Shown: positions 51,659 through 61,664 of the stretch, in pieces
How positions within the stretch are numbered: position 1 is the first letter of the stretch
Layout of the letters: each line of letters opens with the position of its first letter
Assembly: GCA_963849635.1 (NCBI GenBank)
Contig: CAWKIA010000024.1
Location: 33,615-97,614 of the forward strand
DNA length: 64,000 nt
Reading direction: 5' to 3'
From: an uncultured Chloroflexia bacterium
GTDB taxonomy: Bacteria > Chloroflexota > Chloroflexia > Thermomicrobiales > UBA6265
The notes under the pieces: generated by a model
What the model was told of the DNA's origin: nothing
Databases searched by the model: none
The model's input: the letters and a program-made list of their open reading frames with translations, nothing else
Program-made: the position numbers and the translations under genes

Positions 51659-54600
51659 TCAGCCGCCGCAGCCGATGTCTTCGATTGGGAGATCGGTGAC
51701 GGGCACGATGTAGTCGGTGCCGTCTGGATGTCATGATTTTGAGGGCGGGCATGCCTTCGCTGCCGGGATTCCCGGTCCAGATGGAGGCGATGCGGCCGTC
51801 GCCCAGCACGCACGGCGCGCTGTCGCCGTCGAAGTCGGCGCTGACGGGCTCTGGCTCGGACTGCCCTGGGGAAGACGCCAGATCGCGCCGCTCCAGCTGG
51901 ACTGGAAGACGATGTCGCCGTTGGGCGCGTAGTCGGGGTGATGGAGTGCGCCGCCCGGTTGCGCATCCATCTGGGGCGTCGTCTGGGGTGAGGACGATGC
52001 GAGAGTCGGACCCGTCGGTGGAGACTTCGCAGATGGCGCCTTCCTCGCCGCGTAGGGCAGGTCGCCGCAGTCGAAGATGATCCGCGTCGCCGTCGGCGGA
52101 GAAGATGGCGGTGTGGTTGAAGTCGAAAGTTGATTCCCCGGTTAGCAGAAGAGGTTCGCTCCAGGTGTCGCCGTCGCGGGTGACGGCCCAGAGATCGAGG
52201 GTGTGGGGACCGCCGCTGGCGTGGATAGACGATCAGGTCGCCGCCACTGGCGATTGTGCCGAATCCGTCGGGGTGGACACACCGGCACCGGATGCGGACG
52301 GGTTCGCCCGCGGAGAGATCGGCGGGGACGACTGCCATGCATGGCCAGCCGGCGCAGTCCGGATCGAAGCGCTCCGTTCCCAGCAGTAGCCATTCTCCGT
52401 CCGGTGAGATCCCGATCCAGTCGTCGTTTGCCGACTGGGTCGATGTCGTCGAGCGCCACGGTGAGGTCCTCCGGCGGTCGGCGCCTTCGCGTTGCGTCGA
52501 CGCGGTAGAGGTGCCTGGTCTCGGACGCCGCGTCGGTCGGCTTCCATAGACGATCTGACCGTCGCCATCCGCGCTGGTGCTCGCTTCGGCCTTCGTTCGG
52601 CAGTCGCCGCCGTCGACCGTCGCCTCATCGCGGCTATCATCATCGGCCTCGTCAGATCCGAACAGTGCTGGCACCGTCACATCTGGGAGGATGCCGGCAT
52701 CGTCGCCTTGATCGACTGGCTCATCGGTGACGTCCGTCTCTTGCTCTGCCGTCTCGGGTGTGGAAGCGTCTCCTGCCTCGATTGAGTGCTTGTGAGAGCG
52801 AATGAGGAAGTCCCAAGACGAGTCGGGCAGAGTGCCGACGAGCAGCACGCCGCCGTCGTCGGCCTGGTAGCTGGTGCCGGCCGTGACCGTGACCGCGATC
52901 TCGTCGCCCGTGTGTCGGTGATGACGTCGTAGCCGCCGCCCGGGGTGAGGCCGGTGATCAGGTGGGTCGTCGTCTCGGCGGGACGGTGTAGGTGGATCTC
53001 GCCGGCCTCGGCGCCGAGATCGACCGGGAAGAGGATCGCCGTCGTTCCGACGACCGTGCCGGCGAACGCGCCGTCGGCGCTTTCCAGGGACGTGACCGCA
53101 GCGCCGGCTGTGCGCACCGGCGTCCGCGCCCTGGAGGACGTTGAGGAAGCGTGTCTCTTTCGGGTCGCCCGGCGCTTCGACGAGGAACTGGTAGCGCATC
53201 GGTTCGCCCGACCGCCAGCGTGTCGACCGGGTTGTCGAGCGGCCGGACTCCGGTGCCGCGCCGGTGGGCACAGGGTGTCGATCACGAGTTGCTGGCCGGT
53301 CGCTGTCGTCATCGTCGTCGGCGTGCCATCGACGGTGGCATCGGCCGGGAGGTTGAGCCAGAAGCGTTTGAAGCGGCCGTCCGATCTTGGAGGCGGCGCG
53401 GTCGTAGACGACGATCACGTCCGGCGCCAGCCAGACGATCGAGCGGCTGGCGTGGAGGATGTCGATCGACGCCTTCTTCGGTCGAGTTGTAGAGGTTGGT
53501 CGCGTCGCCGAGGGCGTAGGCGTAGCCGGGTTGGACGCTCAACGCCAGGATGGTCGGGTCACCGGCGGGGACGTACTCCCATTGCGAACCGCGCGCATAG
53601 AGCTGGCTGCGGTAGTCGGTCGGGCACGTTGCGGAGAACGGCTCGATCGTTCTCAAGGCGAGCGTGTTTTGGTGGTCGGAGCTCGGGTAGTAGAAGTCGT
53701 CGCTGGGGTCGTCGTCGCCGTACTCGCCGCCGTAGCCGACGAGTCCCTTTGGTCAGCCACTCGCCGTCCCGATAGAAGGAGAAACAGTTGCCGTCGCCGT
53801 TCTGGTGGTCGATCCCGACCCAGCCGAGGCTGTAGGTGAACCAGGCGGCGTCCTCGTCCCAACTCGTGCGGGCGAGGAGAGTGGCCGATGCCGGGCGCGA
53901 AATGGAAGAGCGGGAGGGCGGGACGGGGATCGGCCGCGGGCGGGCGCATTCGGATCGAAGAGCATGAAGTAAAAGAGCGCATTGACGAGCGGCGCCGTAG
54001 GCCATTGGCGTAGACGACGCGGTCGGTAATGAGCCATTCGGCGCCGCCGGGCGGCGTGAAGGTCTCGATCCAGCGGATCGCGTCGAGGCGCTCCGTGTTG
54101 CCGGTCGACTTCGTCGTAGCGGCCCATCGAGCCGAGGAGCGGCGATCATGTCGGGGCCCACGTAGATCTCGCCGTCGCCGTACCAGGCGGGCTGGTAGAC
54201 CTCGCCGTAGATCTTCGGCGCCGGGCAAGAGGACGGTTTCGCGGACTGAGTGAGTGGAGGAAACCCGGGATGACCTCGTCCCAGAACGGGTTGTCGGTCA
54301 AGGACGACCTGCGGTCCCCACTTCGCCGGGTCGTCCTGGCCGGCGGTGTGGAGGGCGAGCAGGAACTGGGCGACGTAGGCGAGCGACTGCGGGCTGTACT
54401 CGAAGCCTTCGGGGGCGAGACCACCGCGGCATCGGTGCGCAGCAACTGGTCGGTCATGTAGAGGTGAGCGCCGATCGCGGTCTCCAGATAGGCGCCGAGT
54501 TCGCCGCCGGGGTCGTCCTCGGGGTCGAGCGCCAGCGCCATCAGACCGAGGTTGCGCATGTGCGAGGTGAAGTAGTTGTTGCCGGACCAGCGGAACGCGG

Positions 54601-55312
54601 CTCGGTTGGCGAAGAGCGCGGGATCGTTGGTGACGCCGATCGGATCGGGGTGGTTGTAGCCCTGGGTGACGATCTCCTCGGACCAGCGCAGGAAGACCTC
54701 GCGGATCGTCGCTTTGTCCTCGTCGGTCAGGAGGGATAAATCCAATCGACGGTCAGCGCCCAGCTCTCGCCCCACCAGCGGAGGCGGTCGCTGAACGGGA
54801 TGACGAAATACGGGTCGCGGAAGGGCTCGCCGTCGGCCGGTCCTTTGGCCGCCTCGTTGATGCGCGTACATGAGGAGGGTGCGGGCGCGTTCGGCATAGT
54901 CCGCCCGCGCCGCTTCGTCTGGGTGGACCAGCGAGAGGAAGGCGAAGAATTCCGCGTAGCTCTCGGTTGGGTAGGGCTGATAGGTGTCGAGGCCGTCGTC
55001 CTCGCCGGGGACGGTGCCGGCGTCCATGTCGGCCTTCATCCGCTCGATCAGGGGAGCCAGGCCGTCGCGCCAGATCGGGTTGGCGTCGGTCGCCCAGCCG
55101 CGCAGGCGCGGCAGGTCGTCCTGGGTGATCCAGAGGCGGGGGTGGCTGGTGACGGGCTCGGGGGATTCAGTGTCTGACTGGGTGCTGGCTGGCTGTATGG
55201 ACTCAAGCAGCCGAGGGGTTGCGGCCGCGGGGCGAAGGCTGGCGGGTAGGGCTGAGAGGAGCAGCGCGAGGACGAGGAGGGCCGCGAACCGGCGGTGAGA
55301 ACCGGGAGCCAT
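51659..55312 (-). CDS. Large secreted heparinase II/III-like protein with C-terminal TolB/PD40-like propeller; heavily frameshifted (possible pseudogene)
   Basis: Signal peptide; HPRLWITQDDLPRLR; NNYFTSHMRN; IDHQNGDGNCFSFYRDGEWLTK; ISPDGEW and FSADG repeats. Ends IEDIGCGG* at 51659. Pieced together from many frames. Confidence 0.6.
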
Positions 55313-55455
55313 TGGAGAGTCCTTTCGCGCGGAGGCGAAATGGCCGTGCCAAGGATTCGATTGACGCGGAAATGCATCGCTATCGTATCCCAGGCGCCAA
55401 TGATCTGCCGAGTTTTGGCGTGGAGAAGGGACGTCAGGGGACGCCGGGGAGAGCC

Positions 55456-55503
55456 CCCTAACCCCCCGGCCCCCTTCCCCTTGCCGCGGCAAGGGGAAGG
55501 GGG
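55456..55503. repeat. CCCCTTCCCC..GGGGAAGGGG-type dispersed hairpin repeat
   Basis: Perfect 16-bp inverted repeat at 55470-85/55488-503. Its 32-bp left part recurs at 62979-63010. Confidence 0.7.
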
Positions 55504-55592
55504 AGGATGTTGCACATAGGGGGCTGGCGTCTGGGGGCCACCGCCACAACCCCAGCGCCGAACGCCGATTCCTGGGTGGAGGTCGAGTGGGG

Positions 55593-56180
55593 CTAGTTGG
55601 TCGGTGTGGCGGCGTCTGGGGTGGTGGGTGCGGAGGGGTAGAAGAAGGCGTAGGTTGCTTCGTAGGGTTGGCGGACTTCGTCGCCGGCGTGGTCGGCGTC
55701 GCAGCCTTCGGCGGGGGCGGCGCCGCCGACGGTGTCAAGCCGCTGGACGTGGGTGATGGTGGAGAAGGCGCCGGCGCCGGTGTGCTCGGTGGCTTCGAGG
55801 AGGAGCCAGGGGATCGAGCCGGTGTCCGGGGAGTCGGCGCGTTCGAGGACGGCGCCGGCGACGGAGCTGCCGTCGTAGCCCTGCCAGGTTGGGCCGGCGA
55901 AATGGGTGCCGACGACGTCGCCGTTCTTGTTGAACAGGTCGGCCTCGGGGGCTTTGAAGGTCCAGACGAAGGCAGTGGCGTCGTCGGGCTTTGCCTCACA
56001 GGTGTAGATCTGGACACCCTGGGCGGCGAGATCGAAGAGGAGGATGGAGCTTGTTGGTGGGACAAGGTTCTCCGGGATGTCGTCGGTGGCCGGCGACTGG
56101 TGGGCTGTCGCCGTTCCGGCCAGGGTCATGAGGGCGGCGAGGACGAGTGCGAAGATGGTCATGATGCCGGTCGATCGCAA
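55593..56180 (-). CDS. Secreted DUF3455-family protein
   Basis: AAGGAGG RBS with TTG start; AQGVQIYTC, GTHFAGPTW, SIPWLLL, HVQRLDTVGG. Confidence 0.85.
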   Translation of the reverse strand: MRSTGIMTIFALVLAALMTLAGTATAHQSPATDDIPENLVPPTSSILLFDLAAQGVQIYTCEAKPDDATAFVWTFKAPEADLFNKNGDVVGTHFAGPTWQGYDGSSVAGAVLERADSPDTGSIPWLLLEATEHTGAGAFSTITHVQRLDTVGGAAPAEGCDADHAGDEVRQPYEATYAFFYPSAPTTPDAATPTN

Positions 56181-56402
56181 CTGGATGCCTTCCTTTCTAC
56201 GAGTCCACGTTGGGCCGCGATGGGCCCCGATGCCCGATTTCGTCCCGGCGTTGCCGAGTACTCCGGCGGCCGGGCGCGGGCATGATTCGATAGTACTGGG
56301 CAACTGGCTGCCGCGTATCCCTAGGATTAAGCAATTCCGCATAAGTGGAGCTTAAATAAGAGGGAGATCGATGGCGCGACATTGCGATGACGGACGGCGA
56401 GA

Positions 56403-57365
56403 TTAATGGGTTGGTGAGCCCAGTGATCCCAATGGCAGCTCCAGTCCCAGGACCAGCCGGTCGAGGAGGCGTTTTTCGGCGACTTTGGTGATGATGCGGG
56501 CGGGGAGGCGGGTGGAGTCGGGCGGGAGGTCGTCGCGGCCGATGGCGCGGTGGCGGCCGTCGAAGGGCTCGACGACGAGGGGGCGGTGGACCTCGTCCTC
56601 GATGTAGGAGGGGTCGAGGAGGACGGCCGGGACGACCGGATCGTGCATGCGGCAAGACCAGACGCCGAGGAGGGTCTGGTAGAAATCGAAGTAGAAGGGC
56701 AGGATCTTCCAGGCGAGTTGACCGTGGGGCGTGGTGGCGGTGCGCATGCGCTCGATCTGCTGGTCGTCGAAGACGACGCTGTTGGTCGTGTCGACTGGAA
56801 TGACGAGCAGGGGTGTTTCCGAGGCGAAGAGGCGGTCGGCCAGATCGGGGCTGCCGAAGACGTTGGCGTCGACGGTGTGGGGATCGCCGGGGCGTGGGTA
56901 GCGCGAGTAACTGCCGAGGATCGAGACCGAGCGGAAGCGGGTGAGTGACTTGGGATCGCGCTCCAGGGCGAGGCCGAGGTTGGTCATGGTGCCGACGGCG
57001 ACGAGGTCGAGTTCGCCGGGACGCTCCAGGCCGAGGCGGAGAATCTGGTCGACGGCGGACTCGTTGGAGGGCGATCGCTTCGAGGGGGGAATACCGACGT
57101 CACCCAGGCCGTCATCGCCATGGACATGTGGGGCGGCGATGACGTCTTTCAACGGGCTCTCCGCACCGACGGCTACGGGAACATCGTCCAGCTCGAGGAC
57201 ATCGAGGACTTTGAGGGTGTTGAGGGCGGCCTGGGCGGCGGAACAGTTCCCGTGGCAACTGCCGATGGCGACGATCTCGGCGTCCGGCTCGGCGGCGAGG
57301 TAGATGAGCATCAGGGCGTCGTCGATGCCGACGTCGGTATCGAGCAGGAATTGGCGCTTGGTCAT
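56403..57365 (-). CDS. Inosine/uridine-preferring nucleoside hydrolase family protein
   Basis: LDTDVGIDDA Ca-binding motif, HGDDGLG, VGTMTNL, MHDPV. Confidence 0.92.
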   Translation of the reverse strand: MTKRQFLLDTDVGIDDALMLIYLAAEPDAEIVAIGSCHGNCSAAQAALNTLKVLDVLELDDVPVAVGAESPLKDVIAAPHVHGDDGLGDVGIPPSKRSPSNESAVDQILRLGLERPGELDLVAVGTMTNLGLALERDPKSLTRFRSVSILGSYSRYPRPGDPHTVDANVFGSPDLADRLFASETPLLVIPVDTTNSVVFDDQQIERMRTATTPHGQLAWKILPFYFDFYQTLLGVWSCRMHDPVVPAVLLDPSYIEDEVHRPLVVEPFDGRHRAIGRDDLPPDSTRLPARIITKVAEKRLLDRLVLGLELPLGSLGSPTH

Positions 57366-57587
57366 TGGTTGCTCCTTGGCGGCAGGTCGTCTGGGTGAGA
57401 TTGACGCATGCCGCCAAGGGGAATGTCTAGGGGCGGTGTGGGCGCGGCGGAAACCAGGGAATGAATCCCAGGCTATGCCAGACAAAGCATTTTCAGGGAT
57501 AAGAACGTCCAGGTTCCGCGGACGATATCGCCTTCGCGGCCAGGATCTAGAGCGTGTCGAGGGTGGGGCGGGTACCGTGGAAGTCGA

Positions 57588-57980
57588 TCATGAGGCGGCC
57601 TGGGCCATGGACGATTGGTTAGCGTCGATGCCCATCATGACGAAGGGGAAGAGGTCCGGGGTGGCGTAGTGCAGGGTGATCTTGCCGTTCTCAACGCGGT
57701 CCATGCCGAGGACGATGAATGAGATCTCACGGCCCGTTGGCGTCTCGCCGATGAATGACCCGGAGTGGGTGCCGGTGACTGTGATCACCGTCGCGACCAT
57801 GTCGCCTTCGATGGTGATGTGGTCGATGACGGAGCGGAGGTTGGTAATTGAGGCCCAGAGGTGGGGCATGTGCCGGACCGTCTCATAGAGGCCAGGGTGG
57901 GAGCGGAGGGTATCGAGGTCCTGGGCGTCGATCGCCGCGTTGACGTCACGGACGACTTGCTTCTTCTCGTCGGGGGTCAC
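57588..57980 (-). CDS. SnoaL-like ester cyclase (NTF2 fold)
   Basis: IEGDMVATVITVTGTHSGSFIGETPTGREI ... ENGKI; GAAAGG RBS with GTG start. Confidence 0.85.
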   Translation of the reverse strand: MTPDEKKQVVRDVNAAIDAQDLDTLRSHPGLYETVRHMPHLWASITNLRSVIDHITIEGDMVATVITVTGTHSGSFIGETPTGREISFIVLGMDRVENGKITLHYATPDLFPFVMMGIDANQSSMAQAAS

Positions 57981-58044
57981 CGGTGGGGTCCTTTCGTGCG
58001 CTTGTGTGACGTGCAAGTGGGACGTCATCTGACTCGTGCTAAGA

Positions 58045-58092
58045 TAGACAAAAGACTTGTCTAACCCCATCGATGGTAAAGACTTTTGTCTA
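58045..58092. promoter_or_regulatory. Palindromic operator pair between divergent snoaL-like and marR genes
   Basis: TAGACAA-N5-TTGTCTA (58045-63) and an inverted partial copy GACTTTTGTCTA (58081-92). Confidence 0.7.
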
Positions 58093-58136
58093 TGCCGTCA
58101 AGTGCCTAAATCGGGCAGCGCGGTGGATGGAGCGCG

Positions 58137-58622
58137 ATGGACGATTCCGACGACGGATTTTTGATCGGAGGTCTGCTGGGCGCGCCGTATGAGGCGCTGG
58201 CCAACCGCGTCTACGCCCGGCTGGCGGACGAGGGTCTGGGCGATCTACGGCGGGCGCAGGCGGAGGTTTTTCGATATGTTCCTCCGGAGGGAGGGCGCGT
58301 CACGGACGTGGCCGCGGCGGCGGGCGTGAGCAAGCAGGCGATGGCCTATACCGTCGAGTCATTGATTGAGATGGGCTATCTCAGCCGGGAGCCGGATCCC
58401 GCTGACCGGAGGGCGCAGATCGTCCGGCGGACGGAGCGCGGCTGGGAGGTCAACCGGGCGGCGCGGCGGGCGGTGCAGGAGGTGCAACGGGAGTGGACGG
58501 CGGCACTGGGTCCGGAGCGGATGGAGTGTCTGCTCGATCTGCTCCGAGATCTGGGCGAGCATCTGGGTATCGCGTATCAGGGCAGCATTTCGGAGGTCAG
58601 TACCAGGGAACAACCGGTCTAG
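58137..58622 (+). CDS. MarR-family transcriptional regulator
   Basis: GGRVTDVAAAAGVSKQAM ... GYLSREPDPADRRAQIVRRTERG. Confidence 0.9.
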   Translation: MDDSDDGFLIGGLLGAPYEALANRVYARLADEGLGDLRRAQAEVFRYVPPEGGRVTDVAAAAGVSKQAMAYTVESLIEMGYLSREPDPADRRAQIVRRTERGWEVNRAARRAVQEVQREWTAALGPERMECLLDLLRDLGEHLGIAYQGSISEVSTREQPV

Positions 58623-58679
58623 TGGTGGGACGGGACACGACCGGTGCGTGGGCGCTGGGCTTGTTGGCTTGACAGGAGA

Positions 58680-59567
58680 CTAGGGATGGAGGCCGGTGAT
58701 AATCGTGTCCACGAACTGGGCGGCGATTGCTCCAGTGAGGTCAAGGGCAGGGTTGAAGATAGTGATGTCGATGCCCGCCAGCCGGCCGGACACGATGGCG
58801 GCGGCAAGGACGGTGGAGACTTCGGCCCATGACAGGCCGCCGGGGAGGCGGTAGTCGACGGCAGGCATGATGGTGTCATCGAGGACATCGGCGTCGAGGT
58901 GGACCCAGAAGCCTGCCAGGTCGGGTCGGGTGAGCTGGGTAAGGGCGGTGGATGTCGCCAAGGTGATTCCTTGGGCACGGACGGTGGCGAGATCGATGAG
59001 GGTGATGCCAGATTCCTCGATGCGCTGGCTGCCTTCCGCCTCCGCTTCTTCCGCGTCGCGGCGTCCGAAGGCGACGACGTCTTCGTCGTGGACCAGGGGG
59101 CGTTGGCCGTCCAGATCGGTGACAAGTGACGGGCCCCGTCCCGTGGCGAGGGCCAGGTCCATCGAGGCGGCCTCGCCGTTGGGTTCGGCTTCGGGTTGGT
59201 AGAAGTCGGCGTGGCCGTCGAGGAAGAGGAGCCCGTACCTGCCCCGTCGCTTCAGGGCCAGGAGTGGACCGAGCATGATCGAGCAATCGCCGCCGAGGAC
59301 GACCGGAATGTTCCCCGCGTCGATCACGTCCGCGGTGGCCGTGGCCAGCGCGAGGGCGTAGGCAGCGATGCCGCGCGGGTTGAGCATCTGGGTCTCTGGA
59401 TCGCGGCGGTCGTCGTAGGGAGGTGGTTCGATCCGGCCGGCACGGCGCGCTCCGAGTTTCTCGGCGAGGCCCGCCGCGAGCAGGGCGTCTGGTAGCCGCT
59501 CGACTCCCTTAGGGAAGAGGCCGAGGACGGACGGTGCTTCAATAATGGCAAAGGTGGGAGCGGGCAT
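58680..59567 (-). CDS. Arginase/agmatinase-family protein
   Basis: LGGDCS, DGHADF, HLDADVLD Mn-binding motifs; FNPALD. Confidence 0.92.
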   Translation of the reverse strand: MPAPTFAIIEAPSVLGLFPKGVERLPDALLAAGLAEKLGARRAGRIEPPPYDDRRDPETQMLNPRGIAAYALALATATADVIDAGNIPVVLGGDCSIMLGPLLALKRRGRYGLLFLDGHADFYQPEAEPNGEAASMDLALATGRGPSLVTDLDGQRPLVHDEDVVAFGRRDAEEAEAEGSQRIEESGITLIDLATVRAQGITLATSTALTQLTRPDLAGFWVHLDADVLDDTIMPAVDYRLPGGLSWAEVSTVLAAAIVSGRLAGIDITIFNPALDLTGAIAAQFVDTIITGLHP

Positions 59568-59606
59568 GGCGTTCGCCTCCTTCGTTTAGAACGCCGGGGC
59601 AGCAGG

Positions 59607-60794
59607 TTAGTCAGGGTTGGTACAAATCAGGCACCAGGGCTTGTCCTGGACGCGGGTCATGACGACGGTGGCGCGGTGGGGACCGGCGAGCTTGAAGCGG
59701 CGGCGGATCTCTTCGACGTCGCCGGGGAGGCCGCGGCGGCGGATGTCGACGGCTCCGATGCCGAGGGCGCGGAGACGGGCGGCAATCTCCTTGGGGTGCC
59801 AGGGGAGGGAGTCTGCGACGTACAAGGTGCGGGCGAAGGGTGTGCGTAGATCGCGGTCGAGGGAGAGGAAGGCGATCCGGTCGTCGATCTTCCAGGCGCC
59901 AAGATCTCGGGCAAGGTCTTCGACCAGACCGGCCCGGGTTACGGCGGGGTTTGGATCGAGCAGGTAGGCGCCAGGCGGTGAGACGGGCACGAGATCGCCC
60001 GGTACGGGAAGCAGTGTGTCGCCGGTGGGCATCACGGTGGCCCGCCGCGTTGTCTGGGCGAGGGACGGGGACCAGAGGACGGATTCCTTGAGTTCGCGTT
60101 CATCGGCGACGAACTCGATCTCCCAGCCATCTGGAATGTGGTCGGTATCTATTCCGGGCGCGGCCTTGATCGCGACGGCGGGGACACGTTCGGCCAGGTC
60201 GAAGCACCAGGGCAGGGGCGGCTCGGTGAGGTTGGGGCCGAGGCGGCGGTCCGGCGTTCGGCGGGCCGGGTCGATGAAGACGGCGTCAATGCCAGTCAGG
60301 TCGAGCGCCTGCACGTCGGCCTCGCGGGCGTCGACGTTCATGGCAACGTCATAGATCCCAGCGTTGTGGGAGGCCATGCGCAGGTGCAGCGGGTCGCGAT
60401 CGACTGCGAGGACTGGGGCATGAGCCGCCAGAGCGATCAGATCACCACCGATGCCGGTACAGAGATCGGCGATACGCGTTGAGTTGGTAAATCTGGCAGC
60501 GCGGTGGCGAGAGAGCGATTCGGCGGTGGCCTGTTCGAGACCCGGACGGGTGAAGAGCATTTCAGCGGCGCGTTCGAACTTGATCGCCGCGCGAATACGA
60601 AGGTCGTGGAGGGTGAAGGCGGCGGCGACGAGGTCTGGGGGGTAGTCACGGCGAAGCGCTGTGCCGAGGCGGAGGATTGCGTCGGTGGGGATCGGGTCTG
60701 GGCCGATGCGGGCGAGGAGGGCCTGGCCGGTGGGGGAGAGAAGGGCGTCAAGGTGGACGAAGGTTGCGACCGCGGGATCATCGCCGATTGACAT
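59607..60794 (-). CDS. Class I SAM-dependent methyltransferase with THUMP-like C-terminus
   Basis: GLEQAT, ADLCTGIGGD, FIDPARR, IKAAPG, YLLDPNPAVTRAGL. Start set at 60794 to avoid overlap with vapC. Confidence 0.88.
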   Translation of the reverse strand: MSIGDDPAVATFVHLDALLSPTGQALLARIGPDPIPTDAILRLGTALRRDYPPDLVAAAFTLHDLRIRAAIKFERAAEMLFTRPGLEQATAESLSRHRAARFTNSTRIADLCTGIGGDLIALAAHAPVLAVDRDPLHLRMASHNAGIYDVAMNVDAREADVQALDLTGIDAVFIDPARRTPDRRLGPNLTEPPLPWCFDLAERVPAVAIKAAPGIDTDHIPDGWEIEFVADERELKESVLWSPSLAQTTRRATVMPTGDTLLPVPGDLVPVSPPGAYLLDPNPAVTRAGLVEDLARDLGAWKIDDRIAFLSLDRDLRTPFARTLYVADSLPWHPKEIAARLRALGIGAVDIRRRGLPGDVEEIRRRFKLAGPHRATVVMTRVQDKPWCLICTNPD

Positions 60795-60816
60795 TGTTGC
60801 GCGATCCGCCCCTTCG

Positions 60817-61230
60817 TTAACTGGGCCATTCGGGACGGTCCACTCGAAGACCTTCAATTCGCCCGAAATCGCGGACATTCTCGGTGATGATCCAGCGATC
60901 GTGCGCCATCGCTGTGGCTGCGATCAACACGTCGTTGGCGCCGATTGGCTGGCCAGTGCGTCGCAACCTGTCAATTAGGCTCGCATGCAACCGAGCAGCG
61001 GAAAGGTCGAATGGAAGAACAGGGGCCGCCTTGATCACGGTCTCGATGAACGCTCGCCGGAGGTCCGTGCGCTGGCCTGACTGAGCGCGGTACAGACCGG
61101 CAAGGAGTTCGGACACGGTGACACTTGCGATCGCGACAGACCGGGAAAGGAGGAATTCTACGCTCTGGTCAATCGTGTATCCGCGGCGCTCCATCGCGAT
61201 CACGACGCTCGTGTCGACTAATCCGGCCAT
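60817..61230 (-). CDS. vapC: VapC PIN-domain ribonuclease toxin
   Basis: LVDTSVV, VSELL, IGANDVLIAATA, ITENVRDFGRIEGL. Confidence 0.92.
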   Translation of the reverse strand: MAGLVDTSVVIAMERRGYTIDQSVEFLLSRSVAIASVTVSELLAGLYRAQSGQRTDLRRAFIETVIKAAPVLPFDLSAARLHASLIDRLRRTGQPIGANDVLIAATAMAHDRWIITENVRDFGRIEGLRVDRPEWPS

Positions 61231-61532
61231 TCGGGGTAATCCGCCCAGTCGATCTTCGGTAGTTCAGCGAGGACGGCTTCGAGATCGTCGGCGAATTGGT
61301 CGTCCGGGCGCGGACCATGCCGCAAGAAATCCAGGAAATCTCCGAACGTCACGACCTTTTCCGCGGGTGGCGGGTCAATGCGCGCGATCACCTCACCGTT
61401 GCGACGGACCTCGAAGTGCTCGCCCTTGTATTTGACGCGGTTGAGAATGTCCGAGAGGTTTTTTGCGAGCTCGGTGGCGGTAACGATGGTTGGAGTGGAT
61501 TCTGTGATTTGAGCTGGCTTGGTCGTGGCCAT
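61218..61532 (-). CDS. Phd/YefM-family antitoxin
   Basis: VTATELAKNLSDILNRV..GEHFEVRRNGEVIARI; acidic tail; overlaps the vapC start. Confidence 0.88.
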   Translation of the reverse strand: MATTKPAQITESTPTIVTATELAKNLSDILNRVKYKGEHFEVRRNGEVIARIDPPPAEKVVTFGDFLDFLRHGPRPDDQFADDLEAVLAELPKIDWADYPEWPD

Positions 61533-61602
61533 CTGGCGTCCTCCAAAGGTAATGCATCAGGATTATACGATAATCTGATTCTCTGTTAATCATCAGATGA
61601 GC

Positions 61603-61634
61603 GAGAGGCGGTCCGCAATTGCGGTCCGCCTCTC
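61603..61634. terminator. Terminator-like hairpin between the dehydrogenase and TA genes
   Basis: GAGAGGCGGTCCGCAA/TTGCGGTCCGCCTCTC with one mismatch. Confidence 0.5.
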
Positions 61635-61664
61635 TTTAGACGCGTCAGTTGGAAGATTGCCCGA

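Noticed and set aside
55313-56065. Upstream part of ORF 54146..56065 as an extension of the lyase-like protein
   Set aside because: It is an alternate frame over the DUF3455 gene and a repeat; the real signal peptide starts at 55312.
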